NCBI GenBank assembly: GCA_041479965.1
Contig: JBGOZE010000003.1
Span: 1 to 46,681 of the forward strand
Source of the DNA: Candidatus Nanoarchaeia archaeon
GTDB taxonomy: Archaea; Nanobdellota; Nanobdellia; Woesearchaeales; SM23-78
Length of the DNA: 46,681 nt
Direction of reading: 5' to 3'
The notes under the pieces were generated by a model. The model searched no databases. It had not been told where the DNA came from and was given only the letters and a program-made list of their open reading frames with translations. Shown piece by piece: positions 7,472-17,801 of the stretch (within the stretch, counting starts at the first letter, position 1; every line of letters begins with the position of its first letter). The position numbers and the translations under genes are program-made.

Positions 7472-9112
7472 ATGGGCAAGGAAAAACCAAAGGAAAACAA
7501 GGAAGCTAAAAAAGAGCAGCCTGAAGACAGCAAGCAAAAGCTTGCTGATTCAGAAAAGCTTGGCTTTTCTGAAGCTAAGAAGGAAGCCAAGGGTAATTCT
7601 GAGAAGGAATTCCTGCAGGAATTGATAAGTTTCCTCCAGAGAAAAGGTTTCATCTGGGGGCCAGAACCAGAGATCTACGGCGGAACAGCAGGCTTCTACA
7701 CCTATGCTCCTCTTGGAAAGCTGCTCAAGAACAAGGTGGAGGCAATCATCAGGAAGAGCCTGCAAGAAGAGGAGTTCTTTGAGGTCGAGTGCCCTATTGT
7801 GATGGAGCGCAAAGTCTGGGAAGCATCAGGCCATCTCAGAGGTTTCACAGACGCTATAATCACCTGCTCTAAGTGCAAGGCTAATTTCAGGCTTGACCAC
7901 CTGCTTATGGATTTTCCTGAGACCAAGCATTTCAAGAAGCCAGAGGAATACTTGCAGTTCATTGCAGATAAGAAAATCAAGTGCCCAAACTGTACCGGCG
8001 ATTTTAATCCTGAAATCAAGAAGCACAACCTGATGATGCGCACCACTGTCGGTATTGACCAGGAAGCTTATAACAGGCCAGAGACAGCAACAACAACCTA
8101 TCTTCCTTTTCTCAGGTTCAGTGATTTCTTCAGGAAGCAACCAGTGTTCGGAGTCTTCCAGATAGGAAAGGCTTTCAGGAATGAGATAAGCCCCAGGCAG
8201 CATGTTGTCAGGATGAGGGAATTCACCCAGGCAGAAGCCCAGCTGTTCATAAAAAAGGAATTGAAGAATAGCTTTGACAAGTTCAAGAAAGTCCAAGATG
8301 ATATCTTGCCGTTGTGGAACTATCAAAGCCAGGAAGCAGGTAAAGCTCCTGAGAAGATTGCTGTGAAAGAAGCATTGGAGAAAGGATTCTTCAAGAGCCA
8401 AGCATATGCCTGGACCATAACTGTGGCTTACAGGCTTTTCAAGAGCATGGGAATACCAGATGATAACATCAGGCTAAGGCAGCATTTCCCTGATGAGAAA
8501 GCCTTCTACGCAGATGATGCCTGGGATGTTGAGATAAACACCAGGAGCTTTGGCTGGGTGGAAGTCTGCGGAGTGCATGACAGGACTGACTATGATCTGA
8601 AGCAGCATGCCAAGTTCAGCGGCACAGCTCTCGAAGCCTTTGATGAGGCTACAGGGCAAAAATATGTCCCTCATGTGCTTGAGATTGCTTTCGGAACTGA
8701 CAGGCCGGTGTTTGCTCTCATAGATACATTCTATGAAAAAAAGGAGAAGGATGAAGGCAAGACTGTGTTCAGGATTCCTTATCATCTCAGCCCGCTGCCA
8801 ATTGCTATTTTTCCGCTCATGAAAAAGCCTGAACTCATGGCCAAGGCCAATGAAGTCTATGATATGCTCAAGAAGGATTTCCTGTGCACCTATGACGAGA
8901 CAGGAGCTATTGGCAGGCGCTACCTGAGAGCAGCAGAGGCAGGCACGGCCTATTGCATCACAATTGATTTCGAGACTCTTGAAAAGGAAGAGCCTGATGT
9001 CACAGTGAGGGACAGGGACAGCGAGAAACAGATTAGGATTAAGGTCAAAAAACTCAAGGAAGCTCTGCGGCAGCTGCTTGAAGAAGGAAAGACCTTTGAT
9101 GACTTGAAGTAA
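7472..9112 (+). CDS. glyS: Glycine--tRNA ligase (archaeal/eukaryotic alpha2 type)
   Basis: EIYGG, WEASGH, RPETA, GKAFRNEISPR, RMREFTQAE, HGTP-type anticodon domain; ATG 7472 lies about 30 nt after TTTATATA. Confidence 0.95.
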   Translation: MGKEKPKENKEAKKEQPEDSKQKLADSEKLGFSEAKKEAKGNSEKEFLQELISFLQRKGFIWGPEPEIYGGTAGFYTYAPLGKLLKNKVEAIIRKSLQEEEFFEVECPIVMERKVWEASGHLRGFTDAIITCSKCKANFRLDHLLMDFPETKHFKKPEEYLQFIADKKIKCPNCTGDFNPEIKKHNLMMRTTVGIDQEAYNRPETATTTYLPFLRFSDFFRKQPVFGVFQIGKAFRNEISPRQHVVRMREFTQAEAQLFIKKELKNSFDKFKKVQDDILPLWNYQSQEAGKAPEKIAVKEALEKGFFKSQAYAWTITVAYRLFKSMGIPDDNIRLRQHFPDEKAFYADDAWDVEINTRSFGWVEVCGVHDRTDYDLKQHAKFSGTALEAFDEATGQKYVPHVLEIAFGTDRPVFALIDTFYEKKEKDEGKTVFRIPYHLSPLPIAIFPLMKKPELMAKANEVYDMLKKDFLCTYDETGAIGRRYLRAAEAGTAYCITIDFETLEKEEPDVTVRDRDSEKQIRIKVKKLKEALRQLLEEGKTFDDLK

Positions 9113-9210
9113 TTTTTGTCATATTTTTTCTTTGATGCAGGTTATATTCTCAAGAATAGAAAAGTATAAAAACAATTTTGAAAAGAATAGAGGTATTCAG
9201 TGATTGAGGG

Positions 9211-10896
9211 ATGTTATTTTTGGTGCAGAAGATTTTAGTTGATTATTTCACCATGGAGGTCGGCATACGCTCTGACATTCCCATCTATTCTGGAGGCTTA
9301 GGCATTCTTTCAGGTGACATCTTCAAATCAGCAACAGACATGGGCATACCTCTACGAGTCATATCTAACCTGTATGACCATGGCTATTTCACCCAGAAGA
9401 TAAAGGACAAGCAACAGGTAGAAATCTATGAGCCATATGATCCTGAGCAGCACATGAAGAAGCTAGAGGAAAGGGTAAGCGTGCCTATTGAAGGCCGAGA
9501 GGTAAAGGTGAAAGCCTGGCTCTATGAGCATGAAGGTATTACGGGCTTCAAGAATCCAGCTCTTCTTCTAAGCACCAGATGCCCTGGCAATCCTTTTTGG
9601 GATGAGAGAATCAGCGATACTCTTTACAGGGAAGAGCCTAATGATAGGCGCTACGCCAGGATATGCCAGGAAATGGTCCTTGGAATTGGCGGAGTGAAAA
9701 TGATACACGAGCTCAACGGCAAGCACTCACTCTCACAGGTGCTCCACCTCAATGAAGGCCACGGAGCATTCGCGACCCTGGAGATGCTCAAGCGCTATGG
9801 AATGAAAGCTGCAAAGGAGCAGACGGTCTTCACAACGCACACGCCAATCGAAGCAGGCCACGACAGGTTTGAGTATGATAAGATATATTCCATGATGGGC
9901 GATTACCTAAAAGGCATTGACATAAAAGCGCTTGCAGGGGATGACAAGCTCAACATGACCTTGCTCGCCCTGAACATGAGCCGTTACGCCAATGCTGTCT
10001 CCAAGACCCACCAGGTAGTCTCAGGCCACATGTTCCCTAATCACAACATCAATTCTGTAACAAATGGAGTGCATTCATACACGTGGACTTCCCCAGAATT
10101 CCAGGCTCTCTATGACAAGCACATCCCTGAATGGAGGCAAGACCCTTGCGCGCTCATCCATGCTGATAAAATACTCTCATCAGAATTATTAGCTGCCCAC
10201 GGGAAAGCCAAGCAGAGGCTGATTGATTATGTCAACTCTTACAGCGATGCAAGATTCGACCCTAACCTCGTCACCTTTGGCTTTGCAAGGCGCTTTGCAG
10301 ATTATAAGCGCGGAGACCTGATGTTCTATGACCTGCATAAGTTAGTCGATATCTGCAAGGGAAAAGCGCAGATAGTGTTCGCAGGCAAAGCACACCCCAG
10401 AGATGGCAGAGGCAAGCAGATAATCAACAATGTGCTCAGGTTCTCAGAGAATCTGAGAGGAAAAGTCAATATCGCCTTCTTGGAAAATTATAATCTGGAC
10501 GTCGGAAAGCTCATGGCTTCTGGCTGCGATGTATGGGTCAACCTTCCGCGAAGGCCCTACGAGGCATCAGGCACATCAGGAATGAAAGCAGCTCATAACG
10601 GAGTCCCGACCCTATCGACTCTCGAAGGCTGGGTTGCTGAGACGTCCATAACCGGTGAAAAAAGGCAGGGAGTATGGGCTGTAGGCCCTGAGCCAGAAGA
10701 AAGCAACCTCTGGAAAAGCAATGATTTAGAAGATGCTATCAGCCTGTACAAAGTGATGAAAGAAAAAACTATTCCTGCTTGCGAGAACGACGAGCTTTAT
10801 GCCAAGGAAATGATAGAAGCAATAAAGAATGCTGCCTGGACCAACACCCACAGGGTGGTAAGGGAGCTCATGGAAAAAGCCTATCAGCTCAAATGA
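9211..10896 (+). CDS. glgP: Alpha-glucan (glycogen/maltodextrin) phosphorylase, short form
   Basis: YSGGLGIL, HLNEGH, FTTHTP, TNGVH, FARRFADYKR, GKAHP, PLP site EASGTSGMKA. Confidence 0.93.
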   Translation: MLFLVQKILVDYFTMEVGIRSDIPIYSGGLGILSGDIFKSATDMGIPLRVISNLYDHGYFTQKIKDKQQVEIYEPYDPEQHMKKLEERVSVPIEGREVKVKAWLYEHEGITGFKNPALLLSTRCPGNPFWDERISDTLYREEPNDRRYARICQEMVLGIGGVKMIHELNGKHSLSQVLHLNEGHGAFATLEMLKRYGMKAAKEQTVFTTHTPIEAGHDRFEYDKIYSMMGDYLKGIDIKALAGDDKLNMTLLALNMSRYANAVSKTHQVVSGHMFPNHNINSVTNGVHSYTWTSPEFQALYDKHIPEWRQDPCALIHADKILSSELLAAHGKAKQRLIDYVNSYSDARFDPNLVTFGFARRFADYKRGDLMFYDLHKLVDICKGKAQIVFAGKAHPRDGRGKQIINNVLRFSENLRGKVNIAFLENYNLDVGKLMASGCDVWVNLPRRPYEASGTSGMKAAHNGVPTLSTLEGWVAETSITGEKRQGVWAVGPEPEESNLWKSNDLEDAISLYKVMKEKTIPACENDELYAKEMIEAIKNAAWTNTHRVVRELMEKAYQLK

Positions 10897-10959
10897 GCTC
10901 AGAGGCCTTCATCTTTAGAAAAAGATTTATAAATCCCCCTCAAGTCTCAGCATCTATGT

Positions 10960-11083
10960 GGGCTGGTAGCTCAGACTGAGAGAAAAACTCGTCTAAGGAG
11001 AGCACACGGCTGAAGAAATGACAAGGCACAATGCCTTGTTTGCCGATACCGTGGTGTCGTGGGTTCAAATCCCGCCCGGCCCA
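10960..11083 (+). tRNA. tRNA-Phe(GAA) with two introns: 18 nt at 18/19 (10979-10996) and 32 nt at 37/38 (11016-11047)
   Basis: Acceptor GGGCTGG/CCGGCCC-A; D stem GCTC/GAGC; CACGG-CTGAAG^A-CCGTG; T arm GTGGG-TTCAAAT-CCCGC; perfect D-loop BHB; TATA TTTATAAA at 10926. Confidence 0.9.
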
Positions 11084-11140
11084 CTTACTATTCTTATTTT
11101 GACATTAACATTTATAAGTGCTTCTTGATTTCTCAAGCTC

Positions 11141-11650
11141 ATGATTGAAAAAATAACTCATGACAAAATTGAATATAATAAAAAGTTTCAATACCTTTGT
11201 AAGCATCCTTTTTATGGGCACCAGAAAGGTTGCCCTAATTACGGGAAAAAGCGAAGCTGCCCACCACATGTTCCGTTGATTGACGAAGTTCTTGAACTGA
11301 ATAAAGGTCTTTATCTTATTTTCACTGAGTTCAATGTTGGCGAATTTGCTGAGCGAATCAGAAAATCTCATCCTGATTGGAAAAGCTCGAGGCAATGGTA
11401 TAACTCGAGGTATTGGCAACCTAAGGCAAGAAAATTGCAAAGAAAAGAGGAAGCATATGCCAAGAGAGAAAAAAGCATTGATTGCATCATCAATAATCCT
11501 GAAGCATTAGGAGTGAATGTCAGCAGATTAATGGCTGTCTCAGGAATTAATCTTAAATGGGAATGGCCTCCGGAGCATGAAATTAAGAATAAGGGCTTTC
11601 TTGGAAATACTGTTTATCTTGTTTCCCTTGGCGGGTATTCAAAAAAATAA
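11141..11650 (+). CDS. DUF2284-like Cys-containing metal-binding protein
   Basis: C...GCPNYGK..SCPP and PEALGVNV motifs; leaderless, TATA at 11111; lower GC. Confidence 0.7.
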   Translation: MIEKITHDKIEYNKKFQYLCKHPFYGHQKGCPNYGKKRSCPPHVPLIDEVLELNKGLYLIFTEFNVGEFAERIRKSHPDWKSSRQWYNSRYWQPKARKLQRKEEAYAKREKSIDCIINNPEALGVNVSRLMAVSGINLKWEWPPEHEIKNKGFLGNTVYLVSLGGYSKK

Positions 11651-11670
11651 GAAAAAATCTTCATTCCACG

Positions 11671-13935
11671 CTAAGTCGCCGTGAATCCTGAGAGTATTGA
11701 ACCTGCGACTATGCTGAAGAGCATGGTGACAAAAAGGGTCACAAAGACATAGGTGACTGTGGTCCTGAGCATATTCTTTCCGACCAAGTATCTTTCGCTG
11801 AGCTTGTCGCTTCCATTCTCTATGCCGTTGAGCAGAACTGATAATATGAAGGTTATCTGCAGGACATAGAGCCCGACTATTATCTGGAAATAATAGGTTG
11901 ATATGCCTGTTCCGAACATGCCTAAGATGCCTGTCTGGGCTCCCATGCTAGTTTCTCCTGCCTGGTTTGCTAGTTCAGAAAGCCTTATGGCCAGGCTTCC
12001 TAGTATCTGGGTTATCATGCCAGTGATGCCGACGACTATGCCTGCGATGACTGGCGTCAGGAAGCTCACCTGGCTTTTCATGCTGCTTATTATGTCTGCC
12101 ATCAAGTCTTTCAGCCTCTCATCAACTCGGTGTATCTGCTTGATGTATTCTGCCACATTGATGACTGCCTGGCTTGCGATCATCGGCCCTTTCTTGCTGC
12201 TCTCCACCAATACCTTCATGCTGCTCTCGATAAGATTGGATGGATAGTACACCAAGGCTCCTCTTTTCTCATCGAATATTGCCTGCTCGACGCTCATGCC
12301 GAGCTTGGATATGTTGATGCTCACCAGCTCAAAGAACTTGCCGCTGAGCGTGTCTTCCATGACTGCTGCCACCTTGCTGAAGGCTATCTCTGCTGGAAGC
12401 CCGTCTCCGAGCCTATTGCCCAGTTGGAAGAGCGCAGAGGCGAATTCCTGCTCCAAGGCTTTTGACTGGTCTCTTATCTTTATCACGTTCTTGCTCCTGA
12501 AATGATAGAACAAGCCTATAGAAAGACCTATGGCAAGTATTACAAAGAAGCTCATCAGTGTCGAACCCAGGCCGAAGGGTCCCACTATTTTTCCAGTGAG
12601 CTCTCCCCCAGCAATCTCTTCCCTGTAGCCCAGGAGATAGAATGTCGCTGCAGGATCAGTTGGCGTGCTTATTGTTTTTATGATGGTCGCTCCATCATCA
12701 TCCTTTACAGTGACCATGTCAAAGTTAGGATTGAGCGCATGCATGATCAGCGGGGACAATCCTATGATGAATAGAACTATAAATATCGTGACCGATATGA
12801 CTGCCGGGCTCAGCCTGAGCTCTGACTTTCCCATCGGGATTATAATATTCCTGAACTTCTTCATCTCAGGATTAGTCTCAGATATGTCGCTCTCACCATA
12901 GCCTGTCGGCCTGGTCGAGAGGATGTTTCTTGTCAGATAGTAAACCATCACTGGCAATACTACGTTGTAGAGCACAAAAAGATGATACCATTTGACTTCT
13001 TCCATGAAACTGACCAGCAGCGGAAGGATTACTAATCCTAGTATGGGCAGGATGATTCCTAGCATGTGCAAAGCTGTGAGCGGGCCTTGGAGGTTGTGGG
13101 CGAAGTGCAACATCTTTTCATAGGTCTCATCTAATATGACATTAAGGCCTTTGTCAAGGGCATCCAGTCTTCTGCCTTCTGAAGATTCAAATAGTGAGGA
13201 TTCTATCAAATGCATGCTCTCTATGAATTCCATGTTGTACTTGCGCCAGCTCTGGAGATAATCATCAAGGCTCTCTTTTATTGAGTCGAACTTCTCTGAC
13301 TCCACGTTCCAAAGAATCTTCCTGATATCGAGTGAGAGCGGAGGCGCGAGGTGCTCTGAGGCAAAGCTCAGCGCCCTTTCCAGGTTGCTGGTGTGCCTCA
13401 TGTAGGTCACGATGTAGAATACGCAAAGCACCATCTGGTTGCTTGCTTTCATCCTCCAGTTGTTAGCCATGAAAAAAGGTATTTTCTGCAATGGAATGAT
13501 GACTGACAAAGCTGCGAGGATTCCGAACACAACAAAGAACATGCTGCCGCCGCCAGGCACGAGCAGGGAAGGAATCACGTAGCTGATGAGGATTATGACC
13601 AAAGCAACGACAATAGGCGCTAGCAGTGAGAAACTGGTGACTCCTGAAGGCGTAACATCCAGGTGGCATATCCTGATGGCCTCTTGTATCTCAGGCAGTT
13701 TTTTCTTGTCAGGCTCCACCTTTAGGAACTGCTCAGACATCTTGCACATCTTCTCGTAGAAGGTCATGTTGCCTGGCAGGCTCTCTCTCTTGAACTGAGA
13801 ATATTGTTTTGTAGTCAAGGGACGATTTTCAGGGGGAGATTGTTTGGCTCCGACCTCTTTTTCATTGAAGCTGCTCTTTAGCTTGTTCTCATACCTTGCC
13901 TTAAGCTCAGCCAGTTGCGAATCTTGATTAGCCAT
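11671..13935 (-). CDS. Type II secretion/type IV pilus platform membrane protein (GspF/TadBC/FlaJ-like, two repeats)
   Basis: Multiple TM helices; two TadC-like cytoplasmic segments (SNLERAL; LGNRLGDGLPAEIAF); directly downstream of the secretion ATPase. Confidence 0.8.
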   Translation of the reverse strand: MANQDSQLAELKARYENKLKSSFNEKEVGAKQSPPENRPLTTKQYSQFKRESLPGNMTFYEKMCKMSEQFLKVEPDKKKLPEIQEAIRICHLDVTPSGVTSFSLLAPIVVALVIILISYVIPSLLVPGGGSMFFVVFGILAALSVIIPLQKIPFFMANNWRMKASNQMVLCVFYIVTYMRHTSNLERALSFASEHLAPPLSLDIRKILWNVESEKFDSIKESLDDYLQSWRKYNMEFIESMHLIESSLFESSEGRRLDALDKGLNVILDETYEKMLHFAHNLQGPLTALHMLGIILPILGLVILPLLVSFMEEVKWYHLFVLYNVVLPVMVYYLTRNILSTRPTGYGESDISETNPEMKKFRNIIIPMGKSELRLSPAVISVTIFIVLFIIGLSPLIMHALNPNFDMVTVKDDDGATIIKTISTPTDPAATFYLLGYREEIAGGELTGKIVGPFGLGSTLMSFFVILAIGLSIGLFYHFRSKNVIKIRDQSKALEQEFASALFQLGNRLGDGLPAEIAFSKVAAVMEDTLSGKFFELVSINISKLGMSVEQAIFDEKRGALVYYPSNLIESSMKVLVESSKKGPMIASQAVINVAEYIKQIHRVDERLKDLMADIISSMKSQVSFLTPVIAGIVVGITGMITQILGSLAIRLSELANQAGETSMGAQTGILGMFGTGISTYYFQIIVGLYVLQITFILSVLLNGIENGSDKLSERYLVGKNMLRTTVTYVFVTLFVTMLFSIVAGSILSGFTAT

Positions 13936-14013
13936 TTTTTATCATTTTAGATAAGTTAGATAATCATATGTTCAGTGCTTCAAATTATCGCAGGGTTTTC
14001 TTGACCAGTCTGC

Positions 14014-16320
14014 CTAGCTTTGGTCTAAATCCAAAGCCTTGCTCTTCTCTTTCTTTACCTCTTTTTTAAGCCATTCCTTCCAATCAAAGAGTATCCTATC
14101 AGAATCAAGCTTTCCTGTCTTGTCATTGACCTTGTCGCATATCTTGTGGAACTCATCATTGCAGCTGATGACGAATTGAGCCTCGAGAAGGTCCAAGTTG
14201 TTCTCTGTCTCAGCAAGCTTCACCAATTCTTCTTTCATCTTAGCCCTGAGCATTATGTTCTCCCAGATGGCATCCCAGTTGCCTGCCCATTCCTTGACAT
14301 TGCCTGCTATCGCCTTGAGGATGTCACTGTCGCCATTGATGAGGTCATCGGTCGGCTCTAGTTCATCAGTCTTGGAATTGTACTTCATAAGGTCGACAAA
14401 TCCGTGTTCCCTGAGCGGATCATCCTCCCACTCTTTCCTTACCTCTGTTATCTGGGTGACTCTTCTCCATCTGTGCAAGCCATCAGGGCTCCTGATAGGA
14501 TTAGCGACGATTATGATGTCTGTTGCTTTGAAGCTTGTTCTCGGGACTTTCAGGTCATTCACCACCCTGTCAAACACTCCGTAAGGGCTGTCCCCGTGGA
14601 TGGTTCCTGCGACCACATTGGCCAGTGCTCCTATTCTCATTGCCTCGTAGAGGGCAGCTGCTTCTGTGCTTCTCACTTCACCGACGATAAGGGCCGAGTC
14701 TCCAAGCCTCAGGGTGGTCCTTATGCCTTCATCTGCAGGCACCTCTGATGTGCCCTTTGAAAGTGCAGAAGCCACTTTCATGGGCTGGATGTTATAGCCT
14801 AACCCTCTGCAGCCTTCTGTCGGCAATTCAAGGGTGTCCTCTATTGTTATTATCCTGTAGCGCCTCATTATCTCGATCATAACCGATCCTAGAAGGCTGG
14901 TCTTACCAGCGCTCCTTGTTCCTGCAACAAGCAAAGTCCTGTTCCCATCCACTAGAAAGCTTATCAGGCCTGCTGCAAGGGGAGTAATCATCTTGTTATG
15001 GATGAACAAGGGAAGAGTCCACGGCTTATCCCTGTGCCTCCTGAAGGCATAGGCTATTCCGAATGGGTTCAGAGGAGGAGATATCACTCCAACTCTTGAC
15101 CTGGCAATGCCCGGGATGCTTATCTCTGTGTCAAGCACAGGGTTGGCCTCGTCGAGAGGCCTGCCACTTATCATTCTCAGCTTGGAAGCCCAGCTTTCAG
15201 AATCACTCACGCTCGGGATGATGTTGGTCTTGCAGTCGCCGTAATCCTGGTGGACTATGAACAAGGGTGCCTGGCCTGCTGGGCTGTTGAAGGTGATGTC
15301 CTGGATTTTTGGGTCTGCGAGCAGCACTTCTATCAGGCCGAAGCCTACTGTGTATCTTATGAGTATCATGGTGAGCTCGTCAAGTTCTGACTCTGAGAGC
15401 TTCACTCCCCTGTAGCCAGATAGTTCCTCGATGAGGTCGTGGCCAACATTGTAGAATACATCTCTCATCCTTTCTGGGTCTATGAATTCCTGACGCGTAG
15501 GCTTGTGCTCTGCTATGATATTCCTTGCCAGATCGAGCAGCTCGTAGTGCTCTTCCCTGAGCTTGAACTCTGGCGGAGTCATGTGATAGAGGTACTGGAC
15601 ATTATCGTCCAGCTCAAAAATCACCACTTCTGTGTCGCCTATGCTGTAGTTGGCAAGCTCAGACGCTCCCTTTGGATAGGTGGCCATCAGCTTGGTGAAC
15701 ATGAAGTCAGGCTTTATGATGGGAGCGAATATTTTTGCATAAACAGCCCTGTCAAACGGCTTGTGGCCTGGCAGGAAAGGCTTGGCAATGGTTATGAGCC
15801 TGGTCTTGTCAAGTTCCTCGATAAGATAGTTTAGGAGTTTCACATAGAGCTTGTGGGCTTCAGCTGCTTCACCGAACTCTGTCTCTCCAAGCATCTTCTC
15901 ATGCCTAAGAATCCTGGTGAGCTCTACAAAGCAGGTGAGCGGGTCTTTTTTCAAGGTGTCAAAGACCAAGTGATGTATCTGGTTGTATATCCTGTCAACC
16001 TCTCGCGGCGAGGTCTTGACTCTTATTGATTCGTAGCTGAATAAGTCCTTCTGTTTTATCAGGCGGTTGTATAGGAGAGCTATCTCTATTATGAGCCGAG
16101 TCTGTGCATAATCATACTCATAATCCCTTTTCTGCACAAAGACAATCTTGGTGACGGCCCTGTTCTCGATCAATCGCTCCATGGTATAAGCCATTAGGCT
16201 GGCGTTGTCTTCGAGCGACGGCACTGTGGCCAAGTTTTCGCAATTAATCTTCAGAATAGTGTCTTCGCCTTCTCTCACCAAGTCATAAGGAAGACCTGGC
16301 TTTTCTTTCTCTACAGGCAC
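14014..16320 (-). CDS. VirB11/CpaF/FlaI-family secretion ATPase with long N-terminal extension
   Basis: Walker A GTRSAGKT, Asp box TIEDTLEL, LRLGDSALIVGEVRS, His box GTIHG; GTG start with GGGTGA RBS. Confidence 0.9.
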   Translation of the reverse strand: MPVEKEKPGLPYDLVREGEDTILKINCENLATVPSLEDNASLMAYTMERLIENRAVTKIVFVQKRDYEYDYAQTRLIIEIALLYNRLIKQKDLFSYESIRVKTSPREVDRIYNQIHHLVFDTLKKDPLTCFVELTRILRHEKMLGETEFGEAAEAHKLYVKLLNYLIEELDKTRLITIAKPFLPGHKPFDRAVYAKIFAPIIKPDFMFTKLMATYPKGASELANYSIGDTEVVIFELDDNVQYLYHMTPPEFKLREEHYELLDLARNIIAEHKPTRQEFIDPERMRDVFYNVGHDLIEELSGYRGVKLSESELDELTMILIRYTVGFGLIEVLLADPKIQDITFNSPAGQAPLFIVHQDYGDCKTNIIPSVSDSESWASKLRMISGRPLDEANPVLDTEISIPGIARSRVGVISPPLNPFGIAYAFRRHRDKPWTLPLFIHNKMITPLAAGLISFLVDGNRTLLVAGTRSAGKTSLLGSVMIEIMRRYRIITIEDTLELPTEGCRGLGYNIQPMKVASALSKGTSEVPADEGIRTTLRLGDSALIVGEVRSTEAAALYEAMRIGALANVVAGTIHGDSPYGVFDRVVNDLKVPRTSFKATDIIIVANPIRSPDGLHRWRRVTQITEVRKEWEDDPLREHGFVDLMKYNSKTDELEPTDDLINGDSDILKAIAGNVKEWAGNWDAIWENIMLRAKMKEELVKLAETENNLDLLEAQFVISCNDEFHKICDKVNDKTGKLDSDRILFDWKEWLKKEVKKEKSKALDLDQS

Positions 16321-16515
16321 TTCATCACCCTCTTTTTTTTATGGCTTTACCTAACCGAAACGAAATATGCTCTTCAGGGTATATAAATGTTTTGCTCGAA
16401 AAAAACAGCCAGACAATAGATAGTTAAGAGGCTTTCAAATTAGTATTACCTATGCATTTTCTTATTCCAAGCTATACCAAAAATATTAAATACTAAGAAA
16501 GAAAATGGTCTAGCT

Positions 16516-16986
16516 ATGGCTGAACCTGGCATGTACCCTCGAGATGTACCTCCTCCTGATGAGCACGTAAGAAGGCAGACTCCTGATGCTGAGTTCTTCG
16601 GGAAACTCTCCAAGAATGTTAACAATGTGGCTGCTAACTTGAGAATCATGGAAGAGAGATACGCCAATCTCAGGAACAAGAGCCAGGTCTCTGAGCAGAA
16701 CATGATCACTTTTGAGAAAGAGCTTAGGAATGACATCAAATTCTTGTCTGAGGACCTGGTTGACCTCAAGAGGGAGCTTAATGACATCAGGGACAAGCTG
16801 AGGCTCATAAGCGCTGAGATGAAGAACCTGGTGAACAAGAATGATTTCCAGGTAATGGAGCGCTACGTGGACCTGTGGCAGCCCATGAACTTTGTGACCA
16901 GGGCCGAGCTCAACAGGTGGCTTGCAGAGAAGGATAGGCAAGGCAAAGAAAAGTCATTGCCAGAGGCAAAGCATAATCCTCTATGA
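16516..16986 (+). CDS. Hypothetical coiled-coil protein
   Basis: Long heptad repeat ending in LWQPMNFVT; divergent from the ATPase. Confidence 0.75.
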   Translation: MAEPGMYPRDVPPPDEHVRRQTPDAEFFGKLSKNVNNVAANLRIMEERYANLRNKSQVSEQNMITFEKELRNDIKFLSEDLVDLKRELNDIRDKLRLISAEMKNLVNKNDFQVMERYVDLWQPMNFVTRAELNRWLAEKDRQGKEKSLPEAKHNPL

Positions 16987-17088
16987 ACGTAATTGCCCTT
17001 TGTTTTATTTAACATAACATTTATATATCTGGTTTTATAAACCTGATTCAGTAAAAAAAATTTTAGCAGATGAAATGGTTGAAAAGAG

Positions 17089-17709
17089 GTGCCAAGCTTG
17101 GCTTTGTTCAACAAGTCAGAGCTTCCGGTCGATCAGGTCAAGGCCATGAGAGCCCGGGGTTTTGACAATAACCAGATTGTGCAGGCGCTCCAGAGGAATG
17201 GTTATTCCTCTACTCAGATATTTGATGCACTGAACCAAGCAGACTTGGTGTCTGGAGCCATGATAGCCCAGGGAGCCACCTCTTTTGTCGGGGGACAACC
17301 ACCAGTGCCTCCTGATCCTTACCAGGATTCTGTTCCGGAATTCAGTGGTGAAGCAGGCGGCGGAGGTATTGATGTGAACAGTGAAGAAGTTGAAGAGCTT
17401 GTTGAAAGCGTGATTGAAGAGAAATGGGATGAGTTGGCCAAGGATATAAACAAGGTCATTGAGTGGAGGAATGATGTTGAGGCCAGGATGATCAAGTTTG
17501 ATCAGAAGCTCGAGAGTCTGAGAGAGGAGTATGATAAGCTCCATCAGGCGCTTATCGGCAAGATAGGTGAGTATGACAGGCACATCCTAGAAGTCGGGGC
17601 GGAGATCAAGGCCATGGAGAAGGTCTTTGCCAAGGTCCTTCCTGTGTTCACTGAGAATGTGAATGAGTTGAGCAGGATAACTCAGGTTATGAGAAAAAAG
17701 CCAGAGTGA
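17089..17709 (+). CDS. Hypothetical protein: small helical N-domain, Pro/Gly linker, coiled-coil C-domain
   Basis: RGFDNNQIVQALQRNGY N-domain; EELVESVIEEKW coiled coil. Confidence 0.75.
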   Translation: MPSLALFNKSELPVDQVKAMRARGFDNNQIVQALQRNGYSSTQIFDALNQADLVSGAMIAQGATSFVGGQPPVPPDPYQDSVPEFSGEAGGGGIDVNSEEVEELVESVIEEKWDELAKDINKVIEWRNDVEARMIKFDQKLESLREEYDKLHQALIGKIGEYDRHILEVGAEIKAMEKVFAKVLPVFTENVNELSRITQVMRKKPE

Positions 17710-17801
17710 GCAGGTTCTGCAGCTCTCAAAACTCAATCTATCTTGTTTCTTATTTTTAATCTGTTCTGTTTTTTCAATGCAAGCCAGATAGAATACCGAC
17801 C

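Noticed and set aside
11671-16320. Archaellum (arlI/arlJ) assignment
   Set aside because: No archaellin, arlF/G/H or chemotaxis genes; both proteins are much longer than ArlI/ArlJ
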